Source of the DNA: Candidatus Hodarchaeota archaeon
GTDB taxonomy: Archaea > Asgardarchaeota > Heimdallarchaeia > Hodarchaeales > Hodarchaeaceae
Length of the DNA stretch: 64,000 bases
NCBI GenBank assembly: GCA_016840035.1
Contig: JAEOTC010000086.1
Coordinates: 1 to 64,000 of the forward strand
Direction: 5' to 3'
In this document: positions 39,774 through 49,729 of the stretch, piece by piece
Position numbering within the stretch: position 1 is the stretch's first letter
How the letters are laid out: each line of letters begins with the position of its first letter
Notes under the pieces: model-generated
The model's database searches: none
Seen by the model: the letters and a program-made list of their open reading frames with translations, nothing else
Told to the model about the DNA's origin: nothing
Made by a program: the position numbers and the translations under genes

Positions 39774-40796
39774 ATGGAAATCGAGAAGGATTTTGAACAA
39801 GAAATTATTGATTGCCTAGACTCTGTTTTTTCTCCCTCCTATAGTGCCAAGGTTGGTGACTTCCAAAAACTTGAGGGTGCAGATACAGAAACGTTCAGTT
39901 TTACTTACTTTGTGAGGGATAAAACAACTCCTCTAATTCTTCGTCTCTACAGGAAGATCTCCAATCGTTCTGAAAGAGAATTTCGGACACTAGAAATGCT
40001 TTCAAAAGTAGGTTTATCTGTTCCAAAGCCTTATCTTTGGAAAAAACAATCACGTGTTATCTCTCGCAGTTTCTTAATAATGGAGAAAATCCCGGGGGAG
40101 TTACTTGCAGATTACATCTTTAGATCAATTTCCACTTTTCAGAGAATGCATGGTTTTCACCAATTCATTCAGCAACTGGTAGATATACATTCTTTTGATT
40201 GGAAACTAAACTTAGATAGTGGATTCCATATAAACAAGCCAGATATTGAATCTAATCCATATATTTATACAGAAAATCTCATCCGATTCCCTAAAGAGAT
40301 GATATTTCAACATAATATCAATGATTTAAAGCCTCTTGTAAAGTGGTGTGAAGCTAACAAAGTTAAAACTGAGAATTTGTCTCTTTTACATGGTGATTAT
40401 CACATGAATAACATCATAATTACACCCAAGAAGAAACTTGTGGTGATTGACTGGGCTGATATTAAACTAGGTGATTTTCGTCACGATCTTGCTTTCGCTA
40501 TTGTGGCTACTTCATCTGCGGGAGAAGATGTTCTAGATACATTTACAAGCCTATATCAAGAATTTTCAAGATTACAAGTTACAGATATTGAGTTTTTTAT
40601 GGTTTTATCCGTTTTGCATAACCTTTTACGTTGTTATAGTGCCTTGGTCCATCCCCATATCACTGGTGAGACCGAACTTACAAAAAAGATGTTTTTTGAC
40701 ACTTATCATACATATACAACCTATTTAACAACCATAGTTAAACAAATTACTGGCATTCAGTTGTCAGTGCTTGAGAAAGCACTTAAAAAAAGGTGA
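39774..40796 (+). CDS. APH-family phosphotransferase
   Basis: LLHGDYHMNN, IDWAD...GD...DLA. Confidence 0.88.
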   Translation: MEIEKDFEQEIIDCLDSVFSPSYSAKVGDFQKLEGADTETFSFTYFVRDKTTPLILRLYRKISNRSEREFRTLEMLSKVGLSVPKPYLWKKQSRVISRSFLIMEKIPGELLADYIFRSISTFQRMHGFHQFIQQLVDIHSFDWKLNLDSGFHINKPDIESNPYIYTENLIRFPKEMIFQHNINDLKPLVKWCEANKVKTENLSLLHGDYHMNNIIITPKKKLVVIDWADIKLGDFRHDLAFAIVATSSAGEDVLDTFTSLYQEFSRLQVTDIEFFMVLSVLHNLLRCYSALVHPHITGETELTKKMFFDTYHTYTTYLTTIVKQITGIQLSVLEKALKKR

Positions 40797-41824
40797 TAAA
40801 AGAAAAATCAATTCACTATAATAATTGGAATAATACTTGGAGTGATTATGTGACAAAGTTCGAACCAGAAATGCTTCTCAAATCTTCTGCATACAATCAT
40901 TCCGCAGAAACCATCAAATTGAGAGATACACCCTTCTCATGGGTGTTTCTTTGTGGGGATTTTGCATATAAGGTCAAGAAACCAGTCAAATTCGGTGATA
41001 TATTAGATTTCTCTTCTCTTGAGTTACGAAGGGAGTTCTGTGAACAAGAAATTATATTAAATTCAAGATTTTCTCCAGATTTATATATTGATACGTTTAC
41101 CATAAACAAGAAAGGTAAAATCAATGGGGAAGGGGCAATCATTGAATATGGAGTGAAAATGAAGCGTTTACCAGAGGATTATCTGTTAGTAAATCTTATC
41201 AAAAGCAAGAGAGTAAGTTCTGAATCAATAAAAGCGATCGCGAAATTTCTTGCTGATTTTCATGACAGAACACAAAAAATTCCTGAATATGGTGATTTGA
41301 AATATATTGGAGAGAAATGGGATGAAAATTTTCGTACTTCGGTTACTTTTCATACCATTGATGATTCATTTCGTGAGAAAATCACCTGCTTTCTTCGAGG
41401 GAATCGGGGTTTATTCCGGGAGCGAATTAATGAGAATCGGATAACTGATAATCATGGAGATTTCCAAGCTCGAAATATTTTTGTTTGTCCTAATCATAAG
41501 GTAGTGACCTTCGATTGTATCGAATTTAACCCCTTACTTCGTTATGGTGATGTAGCTGAGGATGTTGGTTTTTTAGCGATGGATCTAGATTTTTTAGGGG
41601 CAAAAGATCTCTCGGAATATTTCGTTGAGATGTATATTGACTTTAGCGATGATTTTCTACTACAAGAAAATATAGATTTCTTTAAATGCTACCGAGCCTT
41701 TGTCCGTGGTAAAGTATACGGTTTTCAAGCAAAAATTGAAGCAGATCTTGGAAAGAAAGAGCTCAACACAACTCTTTCGAAAAAGTACTTTGAACTCGCT
41801 ACAGAATACTCAAATAATTGGTAA
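40793..41824 (+). CDS. COG2187-type phosphotransferase lacking the usual C-terminal P-loop kinase
   Basis: AYKVKKPV.FG..LDFSSLE.R, HGD, FDCIEFN, DV..DV.FLAMDLD, YRAFVRGKV. Confidence 0.88.
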   Translation: MIKEKSIHYNNWNNTWSDYVTKFEPEMLLKSSAYNHSAETIKLRDTPFSWVFLCGDFAYKVKKPVKFGDILDFSSLELRREFCEQEIILNSRFSPDLYIDTFTINKKGKINGEGAIIEYGVKMKRLPEDYLLVNLIKSKRVSSESIKAIAKFLADFHDRTQKIPEYGDLKYIGEKWDENFRTSVTFHTIDDSFREKITCFLRGNRGLFRERINENRITDNHGDFQARNIFVCPNHKVVTFDCIEFNPLLRYGDVAEDVGFLAMDLDFLGAKDLSEYFVEMYIDFSDDFLLQENIDFFKCYRAFVRGKVYGFQAKIEADLGKKELNTTLSKKYFELATEYSNNW

Positions 41825-41877
41825 ACTGTTGAAGAGAATCTTGTATTGGAAAAAAGAAAGGAGGAGAGTCGGATTTT

Positions 41878-42387
41878 CTAATGAATAATACACTGAGCAA
41901 AATATTCTGATCCAATAAATCCCTCGGTATAACCCTTGATTTGCATTCCCTGGAATCCATCACCGCCCTTGCAGACAAACATTCCTGTTACATAGGATTC
42001 TTTGATTTTTATTACTAATAAACCTTCAAAGCTTACATATTCTCCATTATACCAGCCTTTGAAGCTAAAAGCACCCCAACCCACGCTATTCATTGTTGTG
42101 GAAGCCCAAAGATCATCAAAAAGATTTAGATTTCCTACATAGGAGATAGACCCGTAAAAATCTGCCGAATCACTCCAAGCGTCACCAACATGCCCAACAT
42201 TTCGGAGATGCCAAACGTTTCCTGAATTCCATGGTTCGGGATTACCCAAATCTGTCGGAACATTCGTGTACATGAATGTAATTGTTGTACGTGATGATTT
42301 TCCTTGCACAATCATCGTCCCTATGAAGAAAGTACTTATTAAAAGAGATAGACTTGCGATAGTGATTAGTTTTTCCATTTTTTTCAT
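41878..42387 (-). CDS. Secreted beta-rich hypothetical protein
   Basis: Signal peptide MKKMEKLITIASLSLLIS; Gly/aromatic beta-strand pattern. Confidence 0.7.
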   Translation of the reverse strand: MKKMEKLITIASLSLLISTFFIGTMIVQGKSSRTTITFMYTNVPTDLGNPEPWNSGNVWHLRNVGHVGDAWSDSADFYGSISYVGNLNLFDDLWASTTMNSVGWGAFSFKGWYNGEYVSFEGLLVIKIKESYVTGMFVCKGGDGFQGMQIKGYTEGFIGSEYFAQCIIH

Positions 42388-42486
42388 TTTTATTTCCTCT
42401 GTACGTATAGTTCTTCTTTTTAAACCCTATACATATTCATATAGATGAAATAAAGCCCGATATAAACGTTCCTATGATTTTTTGCT

Positions 42487-42535
42487 GTTCTAACGTTAAT
42501 ACATGAAGAATCTAACCGTTCTAAGGTTAGTACAT
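42487..42535. promoter_or_regulatory. Tandem palindromic operator pair (GTWCTAAS-GTTARTAC-like), 31-bp period
   Basis: GTTCTAACGTTAATACAT at 42487 and GTTCTAAGGTTAGTACAT at 42518. Confidence 0.6.
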
Positions 42536-42632
42536 CTCGTGAATCGGACTTTTATTTTGTACTCAACATCTTTAATTGAAATTTTGAGCTCTCTCTTTCT
42601 CTCAAATGATAAAAAACAGATAGATTGAATAT

Positions 42633-43208
42633 TTATTTCATATTTAAGGCTCTAATTCTTCTTGATTCCAATACAAAAATAATTATTCCAAGAACCATTG
42701 AGGTAAAAAACAAAATACTTCCTGGATGTTTGATAAAGTCATCTCCCATAAATAGTGCGAGTAAGAAGAACAGCATTAACCCTAAAATACATAAACACAG
42801 GTAGATCGTAAAACGAGGGATAATTCGATAACCAAATCGAATATAAAAGCCTAGAATTCCCGTTCTGACTTCTTCTGTAATGAAATATTTTTCCTCGGCC
42901 TCATTTTTCGCAACAATTCCTGCGTTAATTAATTTGTTCAGTTGATATGATACAATACCTGGAGAAGAAAATTCGAGTAATCTTTGTATTTCTCGTACAC
43001 CAGTCATTCCATTTGTAAGAAGACACCAGTAAACTTGAAGAGTTTTTCCTTTTAATAAATCATCATGTACTGGTTTTTTATTATCAATAGACATTGCTGC
43101 TGAACCTGAGTCCAAAATATTCTGAAGAAAGGTCGCGGATCCATACTTTGTTGTTAGAGAAAACTCCTCTGAACTCTTTCCTAAAAATCCTTCATTTGAC
43201 GATTTCAT
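42633..43208 (-). CDS. Membrane-anchored winged-HTH regulator (2 C-terminal TM)
   Basis: LKGKTLQVY..L...GVREIQR.L.FSSP....YQL.KL...G.V, then two hydrophobic helices. Confidence 0.85.
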   Translation of the reverse strand: MKSSNEGFLGKSSEEFSLTTKYGSATFLQNILDSGSAAMSIDNKKPVHDDLLKGKTLQVYWCLLTNGMTGVREIQRLLEFSSPGIVSYQLNKLINAGIVAKNEAEEKYFITEEVRTGILGFYIRFGYRIIPRFTIYLCLCILGLMLFFLLALFMGDDFIKHPGSILFFTSMVLGIIIFVLESRRIRALNMK

Positions 43209-45373
43209 TTTAGGTCGAACTCCTCCTTAAAATACTTTGTGAACTTGTTATTGGACAGAATACTAGCAGTAGCTATGATCACGAGTATACCTATTATCAA
43301 TGTAACCCCTGGAAGAAGATAATGGGTTATAATATAGATTGATTCCTCCATTTCTTCCCCTAAACGTATTATTATATTGCCATGTAACTTTGCTTCAACA
43401 TACTGAAGTTCAATATTGCTTTCTACTAATTCTATTCCTTTCCATGAATTTCTGTTTTCATCCCATTGGTTCAATGTTAGGTTTTCTGGATGTAAGGCTT
43501 CAAGTTCTTCGTAATCGTAATAACAACGTAATGTGTACTCAGAAGTTGAATTGGAAACAGAGATCCTATAGAATTTACCTGTTTCGTTTTTATTAGGAAG
43601 AAAAGCACTTAATTCCCGAGAAAGTTCAACGGTTACAGTCAATTTATCTTCTGTAGAAATTAATCCATCAGCTGATGGAAAATAGATAGATTCTCTATCA
43701 ATTTCTATATTTTCAAATCGTGATTGGAAATGTGTCTGGGGAGTGGAGTAGTTGAAGTATATTCCATCGTATGGAACTGGATCAAACCAGACATACGAAG
43801 AAACAGCATTCGTTTTTAAACAACCATGTGTGGACTCAGTTAAAAGTATTAATGGGGTATAACTGAATAAAAGATGAGCAACTACTTCAGCGTAGTGCTG
43901 CTTTTCTTGTTTTACAGGTGTTGTAAGACCTTTGGTTATATAATAATCAATAATATCATCAGAAGTTCCAGCTGTATTAGAAAGCCCATCTGAATGGAAT
44001 AGGTCATATGCGCTGAATATCCAATCCCAATAAAAATAGAAACCGACGAAAAATATATCGAAATCACCACTATAAAATACTCCCCACCAGTCATGCTCTG
44101 TTGTAGGAACATATGTACAATTTATACCGATAGCATCTAAATAAGGGAGGATTAATAAAATATACCTCTCCATCCAATAAACTCCTCTAACTGTCAGAGA
44201 AAACCGATATCCATCTGGATTTCGGAGATAGCCGGCCTCATCCAACAATTTATTGGCCTCCTCAGGATTATATGGAAATGCTGAGTTTGTGTGATTGTTT
44301 TTTAAGGTGTTATCGAGAATAAAGTCTTTTGCGTAAAAAAATTCTGTGAATTTATCTGTATCAAGCTGTTCAATAATTGATTCTTTATCAATGGCATAAT
44401 TGAGCGCTTTCCTCACTTTGTGATTGGATAATTCGACAAAGTTATGGTTTAAAAATCCATAATGCAAACTTCTTGGATATGAATAGTATTGCCAGTAATT
44501 TTCATTGATATCTGAAGAATTTAAAACGCTAGAAAGATAGGGGGCTGTATCTCCTTTTTCTGCTATTATTGCTTCAGCTGCATTGGTTTGGTTCGTATAT
44601 AAAAGATACTGTAGATGCTTGAAAGGGGGTAAACCACGAAAATAATTAGTAAAACGTTTGAAAGTGTAATTAAAAAACGTTCCCTCATCTGTAACACTTT
44701 GAAGTTCATAAGGCCCGCTCCCAACTGGCCAATAATATGAAAACTCACTTATTTGACTTTCATTGAGAGTCCTGGTGATTGCCTCAATTCTTACGTGTGA
44801 AGCAATCACTTTGAAAAAAGCTGAATAGGGTGTTTCAAAGTTAAATTTTATGATGTAATCATCCAATATCTCAATCGATTCGAGAGGAATAAAATTAAAT
44901 TGCCCATTAGCTCTATAACGCTCATTGCTCTCGTTAATAATTGCATCATATGTAGCTTTTACAGCATGTGCATTCAGAATTGAGCCATCATGGCACATAA
45001 TGTTCTCGTGAAGGTAAAATACATAGTGTTTACTATTATTTGAAACAATCCATTGCTTAGCAATTGAGGGGCGTATTTCACCGGTCATTGGATGTATTTC
45101 AATAAGTGTATCAAAAGGAAGAGAGAGCACTGCAATCACATCAGTCATAGGATTAAACCTAGGAGCGAATCTTCCAGCAACAACATATATCATTTTTAAC
45201 GTATCAGGAATTTCCTGGTTTGAATCTTCCGAATCGTCCATATCATTGGCCTTTTGACTTAAAAGGATATTCTCTATAGATAAAATTGGGATAGCGTTCT
45301 GAATAATAAAAGAAAATAGGAATAAGGATATTAATATTAAGGAGAACTGTTTTCGCCGCATACTGTATAACAA
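43205..45373 (-). CDS. Family 5 (peptide/nickel) solute-binding protein with extra C-terminal domain and TM anchor
   Basis: P.IA..W.VS, HDGS.LNA..VK, PVGSGPY, VRKALNYAIDKE.I, YNPEEANKLLDEAG. Confidence 0.88.
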   Translation of the reverse strand: MLYSMRRKQFSLILISLFLFSFIIQNAIPILSIENILLSQKANDMDDSEDSNQEIPDTLKMIYVVAGRFAPRFNPMTDVIAVLSLPFDTLIEIHPMTGEIRPSIAKQWIVSNNSKHYVFYLHENIMCHDGSILNAHAVKATYDAIINESNERYRANGQFNFIPLESIEILDDYIIKFNFETPYSAFFKVIASHVRIEAITRTLNESQISEFSYYWPVGSGPYELQSVTDEGTFFNYTFKRFTNYFRGLPPFKHLQYLLYTNQTNAAEAIIAEKGDTAPYLSSVLNSSDINENYWQYYSYPRSLHYGFLNHNFVELSNHKVRKALNYAIDKESIIEQLDTDKFTEFFYAKDFILDNTLKNNHTNSAFPYNPEEANKLLDEAGYLRNPDGYRFSLTVRGVYWMERYILLILPYLDAIGINCTYVPTTEHDWWGVFYSGDFDIFFVGFYFYWDWIFSAYDLFHSDGLSNTAGTSDDIIDYYITKGLTTPVKQEKQHYAEVVAHLLFSYTPLILLTESTHGCLKTNAVSSYVWFDPVPYDGIYFNYSTPQTHFQSRFENIEIDRESIYFPSADGLISTEDKLTVTVELSRELSAFLPNKNETGKFYRISVSNSTSEYTLRCYYDYEELEALHPENLTLNQWDENRNSWKGIELVESNIELQYVEAKLHGNIIIRLGEEMEESIYIITHYLLPGVTLIIGILVIIATASILSNNKFTKYFKEEFDLK

Positions 45374-45480
45374 ATCCCAAGAACTTTCTTGTATTAATCG
45401 CTAATATGATTTATTTTATTGAAAAACACCCGATTTAAACCTTTCTACACCACGGAGGTGTTCTAACACAATAATCTTAC

Positions 45481-45496
45481 GTACTAACTTTGGAAC
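45481..45496. promoter_or_regulatory. Third copy of the operator palindrome, upstream of the SBP-wHTH operon
   Basis: GTACTAACTTTGGAAC, 2 mismatches to reverse complement of the 42518 site. Confidence 0.5.
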
Positions 45497-45832
45497 AGTA
45501 TTTTTTGATGTATGAAACCTTAACACAGATTCTCTCCTAGTATAATGAATCTCAATATTTTGATGAAAATTTCGTGATGAGCACTTTTTAGGGTGTATTT
45601 CTATCAAAGAGGTGAAAAAGCTCTCAATCTGTATCGACAGGGTACTACTCGCAAAGTAGATGGATGTATTTTTAATAATAAGGAGAATTTAATTCTTATT
45701 CACCCGTATACGAAAATCTATAACTATTGAAGAATATTCATATTGGAATTGAGCTCTCCCTTGTCATCTGAAGGTTTGGTTCCAGTTCCAAACCTGAAAG
45801 ATAAAATTTAATGTAAAAAATAATAATATCTG

Positions 45833-46516
45833 GTGCTTTTATTCATGGAAACTCAGTTAGATAAGCTTTTTGAAGCGACACCAAAACCTGTTGTCTGGAT
45901 TGAAGGTATAATTGGATGTGGTAAAACCACACTAACAAAAACGATTTCAAGAAAGCTTGATTTTCGAGCTATATATGAACCTGTAAATTTAGAATTATTA
46001 GAGATGTTCTACAAGGATCAGGATCGTTGGGCTTTTGCAATGCAGATTGACTTACTCCATCGTCGCTACGCGTTACAAAAACTCGGTTCATTTGAATCTA
46101 TAACAGGTAAGGGTGTGGTAATTGATCGTGGACTGCCTGGGGATCGTGTTTTTGCGAAAATGCTGTATAAAGCTGGAAAAATGGATCGAATTGAGTGGGC
46201 AATTTATGAGCGTGCGTATCAAGTTATGACGAATTCTCTAATCCCTCCAAGTGTCATAATCTTTATGGAGGTTTCCCCTGAGATTGCACAACAGAGGATT
46301 CAAAATAGAGATCGAAAAGCAGAACGTGGGGATCTGGTACCTCTTGCCTACCTCCAAGAATTAGAGCAAGGATATTTGGAACTTTTATCAGAGATTGAAT
46401 CTGCTTATCCTGCATGGAGTCGTGGAATGAAAGTAATTCGACTTCCCTTTAATAGTACGGAGGAATCCGAGGAGTCTATCCAGAACGTACTTGGAATAAT
46501 TCGGGAATTATTGTAG
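45833..46516 (+). CDS. Deoxynucleoside kinase
   Basis: IEGIIGCGKTT, EPV, FYKD..RWAF.MQ, DR...D..FA, RI..R.R..E. Confidence 0.92.
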   Translation: MLLFMETQLDKLFEATPKPVVWIEGIIGCGKTTLTKTISRKLDFRAIYEPVNLELLEMFYKDQDRWAFAMQIDLLHRRYALQKLGSFESITGKGVVIDRGLPGDRVFAKMLYKAGKMDRIEWAIYERAYQVMTNSLIPPSVIIFMEVSPEIAQQRIQNRDRKAERGDLVPLAYLQELEQGYLELLSEIESAYPAWSRGMKVIRLPFNSTEESEESIQNVLGIIRELL

Positions 46517-47038
46517 ATGGTTCACATTAATATTGAGTTTAAAGCGAAATGTGAAAATCCTGCTTCTCTTCGTAAAATTTTATTATCTTTAGATCCAGTG
46601 TATAAAGGGAAGGATCATCAAATCGATACATACTTCAAAGTTGAGTCTGGACGTTTAAAACTTCGGGAAGGAAATATTGAAAATGCATTAATCCATTACG
46701 AAAGACCAGACATCGCGGATGTTAAACAATCTACAATACTTCTTCATCATCCCAGACCAGATAACACTTCTTCCCTAAAAGATATCCTGATAAAAACTCT
46801 AGGAGTATTGACTATCGTAGACAAAGAACGTGAAATTTACTTTATTGATAATGTTAAGTTTCATATTGATAGTGTTAAGTCTTTAGGCTATTTTGTAGAG
46901 GTGGAAGCAATTGATTCTGATGGCTCTATTGGTATTCAAAAATTACAAAAGCAATGTGATTATTATCGTAAGTTATTCCAAATTTCTTCCAAGGATCTAA
47001 TTGATTTTTCTTATTCTGATCTGATTATGAGAGAATAA
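46517..47038 (+). CDS. CYTH/class IV adenylate cyclase-like triphosphate tunnel enzyme
   Basis: IEFKA, QIDTYF, RLKLRE, LG.FVEVE, SYSDL. Confidence 0.9.
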   Translation: MVHINIEFKAKCENPASLRKILLSLDPVYKGKDHQIDTYFKVESGRLKLREGNIENALIHYERPDIADVKQSTILLHHPRPDNTSSLKDILIKTLGVLTIVDKEREIYFIDNVKFHIDSVKSLGYFVEVEAIDSDGSIGIQKLQKQCDYYRKLFQISSKDLIDFSYSDLIMRE

Positions 47039-47089
47039 ATGACTTAAATTACTTCAAAAGACATTTTCAAACCAGGAGAAATTCTTACT

Positions 47090-47410
47090 ATGCCCACTTT
47101 GAAAGAAAATCCAAGTTTAGCCAATTATCAACAATATGTTGCCGAGCTAGAACAGGAAAGAGATTTTAAAGATCAAACAGTTCTTGACAAATGTTTATTG
47201 CTTGGAGAAGAGGTAGGAGAGCTTTTTAAAGCCGTTCGGAAGAAAGAGGGATTGAATATTGATCCAAATTCGGACACTACTTTGATTTCTCACGAATTAG
47301 TGGATATTTTTATTTTCTTGTGTGCAATCGCGAATCGTTATGATATTAATTTGGACGATGCATTCCTGAATAAAGAAGAAATTAATAAAAACCGCTCTTG
47401 GGTTAAATAA
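47090..47410 (+). CDS. MazG-like nucleotide pyrophosphohydrolase (DCTPP1/RS21-C6-like)
   Basis: LLLGEEVGELFKAVRK, ELVD, KEEINK.R.W. Confidence 0.9.
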   Translation: MPTLKENPSLANYQQYVAELEQERDFKDQTVLDKCLLLGEEVGELFKAVRKKEGLNIDPNSDTTLISHELVDIFIFLCAIANRYDINLDDAFLNKEEINKNRSWVK

Positions 47411-47571
47411 ATGGAGGTTTCTAACTATAAAGTTTGAGTTGGAGTCGGTACTGAAGTCCAAAATATTTTTGGGTGTTTATTAATCGAAAATTCCGTAATA
47501 TGGTATGATGCCACCACGTACAGAACCCTCGAACAAATAGATTTCAGCGAATCCTTTACGAGATACATCCA

Positions 47572-49707
47572 TTGTATACATATCCAACATCATACCATTT
47601 TGAGTTTATTCCTGAAAGAACTGATCAATCAAGTATAAAGTTACTGAGAAATATTCCACATACTTTTACGTTAGAATATGCTATTTTTGAACCAAAAACG
47701 GTTCATATTAGCTTACATGTTGAACCTAAACGACGGATCATAATTCCTACAAAGCCCCATTCTGCTGTTGCAACTCTTCATCAGTTTATAACTTCTCTCG
47801 GCCTTCATGTGGATTTAATTAAGCCAGGTAGAGATCCCATACCGAAACTCCTGAGTATGATCAAACCAAAGTTTTTTCTTGATCCAGATGAACCTTGTCT
47901 ACATAGTGGGGGGATTCTCGGAATAGAACTCGAATCTATTTCTTCCATTACAAATGAGGGGTTTATCAATGGTCTTCTTGAACTAATCACGGAAAATCCC
48001 ACCTTTACACTGTTTCAAATATGTTTTCAAGCTCGTAAAATTCCCAAGGAATTTCGATCTTCTGAATCTCCTGATGATCACAACCAAATTAGGTTTAATA
48101 TTCATCAAGGTAGAGTTGAACGAAGTGCACAACAATTCAACATGAATATTATGGAGGAAGCAGGATGCTTTCAATTTTCAGTTCGGTTATTAGTTGTCGA
48201 AAGAACTGAGGAACAGCTGAAAACGAAGCTGGAAAGAGCTTCTGTCTTTCTTAAAGCTCATGGGGTGAAGACACGGAAATATCCGTCTTTCCTCCGTTCA
48301 TTCAAACGTTTTAAATTTCATCTTAGAAATCGGAAAATCCAACCTGCACTCCTGACGGATGGTTTTACACTCATGAAATTTTTAACTTTTCCAACAAACC
48401 AATACTCCCTGCTTGGATACCAAATTGTCCCTCATAAGGAAAAATATGGGATTTCGTCCACAGGACCGCATCTTAGCACAAGTGACATGATTCGAATTGG
48501 AGTTCCCATTCTAAGTGGAAAAACGGCAACGTCTCCAATGGGCCTTTCAGGAAAAGATTTATCACGTCATATGGCTGTGTTTGGAATGACTGGAGAGGGA
48601 AAAAGCAGGTTTATCTTTAATTTGATTCAGGAATTTCATCAAAACAAAGTAAAATTTTTGATAATTGATCCTAAAGGGGAGTATATTTATCCAGTTCAAC
48701 AATTCTGCAATGATTTCATATATATTAAACCTGGTTCTGACTTATTTCCATGGGGAATTAATATCTTTGAGATACCATTAGACCCCCAAGGGAAGCCACT
48801 AATATCTCGTGAGGATCATATTCAATTTGTTGTTTCATTATTAGATAATGTGCTTGATGAATCAGATTCTCTCTCCCCTCAAATGAGACGTTTAATCCAA
48901 TTAGCGACTATTCAGACTATCAATGAAGAAGGTGATTTTAAATTATTTCTGCAATGGTTAAATAAACCTAATGCCCTGGGTCTTAGAGGAGCCTATTTAG
49001 AAAATACATCTGCAGGAGCAATTAATCGTTTCACTAAATTACTCTTCGGAAATACTGGAAGGTGCTTCACAGTTACTTCCAGCTCGTTTAACATATCACA
49101 ATTTCTTGATCAAAACGTCATTTTAGATTTATCAGCATTTGAAGCCATGGAAGACATAAATGGGAGACAGTTATTACTAGAGGTCATATTTCAGTATCTC
49201 TATTACTTTATTCGGAAATTTCGTCCTCCATTTAAGGAGGAAAAGCTTCCCCAGAACGTAATAATCCTTGATGAAATCAATAAGCTTCTCCCTCCTACAA
49301 CTTACAAGCAATTGACACCAAAATCAATCATTGGTCGGGGTCCATGGACATTACGCGCATATGATGTGTCCATGGTATTCATTGGAACTGATCCAATAAT
49401 AGATCTTCCTATGTTGACGAATGCAGGTGTTTTCACCATGTTCTACTCGAAATTTGATCCATATAAAATTGCCAATTTATTGGGAGTTTCCAAAGATACT
49501 TACAACCAGATGCTTTCCCTTTTGAAAGCAAAACCTGACGAAAGACGTTGTTTAGTCTCAGTTAATAAGAACATTACGCTGATTAAGACTGATCCTATTG
49601 AAATTAAAGTTTCAGGACATTCAACCTTTGATATACTAAAAGATAAACCCGTACAGATTCAGCTACGAGAAAATTATAACCAAAATTCCTTTGAATTAAA
49701 ATTTTGA
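47572..49707 (+). CDS. HerA/VirB4-like (DUF87) ATPase with N-terminal extension
   Basis: RHMAVFGMTGEGKS Walker A, IIDPKGEY, IILDE Walker B. Confidence 0.85.
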   Translation: MYTYPTSYHFEFIPERTDQSSIKLLRNIPHTFTLEYAIFEPKTVHISLHVEPKRRIIIPTKPHSAVATLHQFITSLGLHVDLIKPGRDPIPKLLSMIKPKFFLDPDEPCLHSGGILGIELESISSITNEGFINGLLELITENPTFTLFQICFQARKIPKEFRSSESPDDHNQIRFNIHQGRVERSAQQFNMNIMEEAGCFQFSVRLLVVERTEEQLKTKLERASVFLKAHGVKTRKYPSFLRSFKRFKFHLRNRKIQPALLTDGFTLMKFLTFPTNQYSLLGYQIVPHKEKYGISSTGPHLSTSDMIRIGVPILSGKTATSPMGLSGKDLSRHMAVFGMTGEGKSRFIFNLIQEFHQNKVKFLIIDPKGEYIYPVQQFCNDFIYIKPGSDLFPWGINIFEIPLDPQGKPLISREDHIQFVVSLLDNVLDESDSLSPQMRRLIQLATIQTINEEGDFKLFLQWLNKPNALGLRGAYLENTSAGAINRFTKLLFGNTGRCFTVTSSSFNISQFLDQNVILDLSAFEAMEDINGRQLLLEVIFQYLYYFIRKFRPPFKEEKLPQNVIILDEINKLLPPTTYKQLTPKSIIGRGPWTLRAYDVSMVFIGTDPIIDLPMLTNAGVFTMFYSKFDPYKIANLLGVSKDTYNQMLSLLKAKPDERRCLVSVNKNITLIKTDPIEIKVSGHSTFDILKDKPVQIQLRENYNQNSFELKF

Positions 49708-49729
49708 TTGTTTAATCAGTTGAATCTCA

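Noticed and set aside
23335-41824. Secondary-metabolite cluster (PhzF, SRPBCC, prenyltransferase-like, kinases, GNATs)
   Set aside because: Genes are scattered on both strands with no core synthase; more likely independent modifying or detoxifying enzymes
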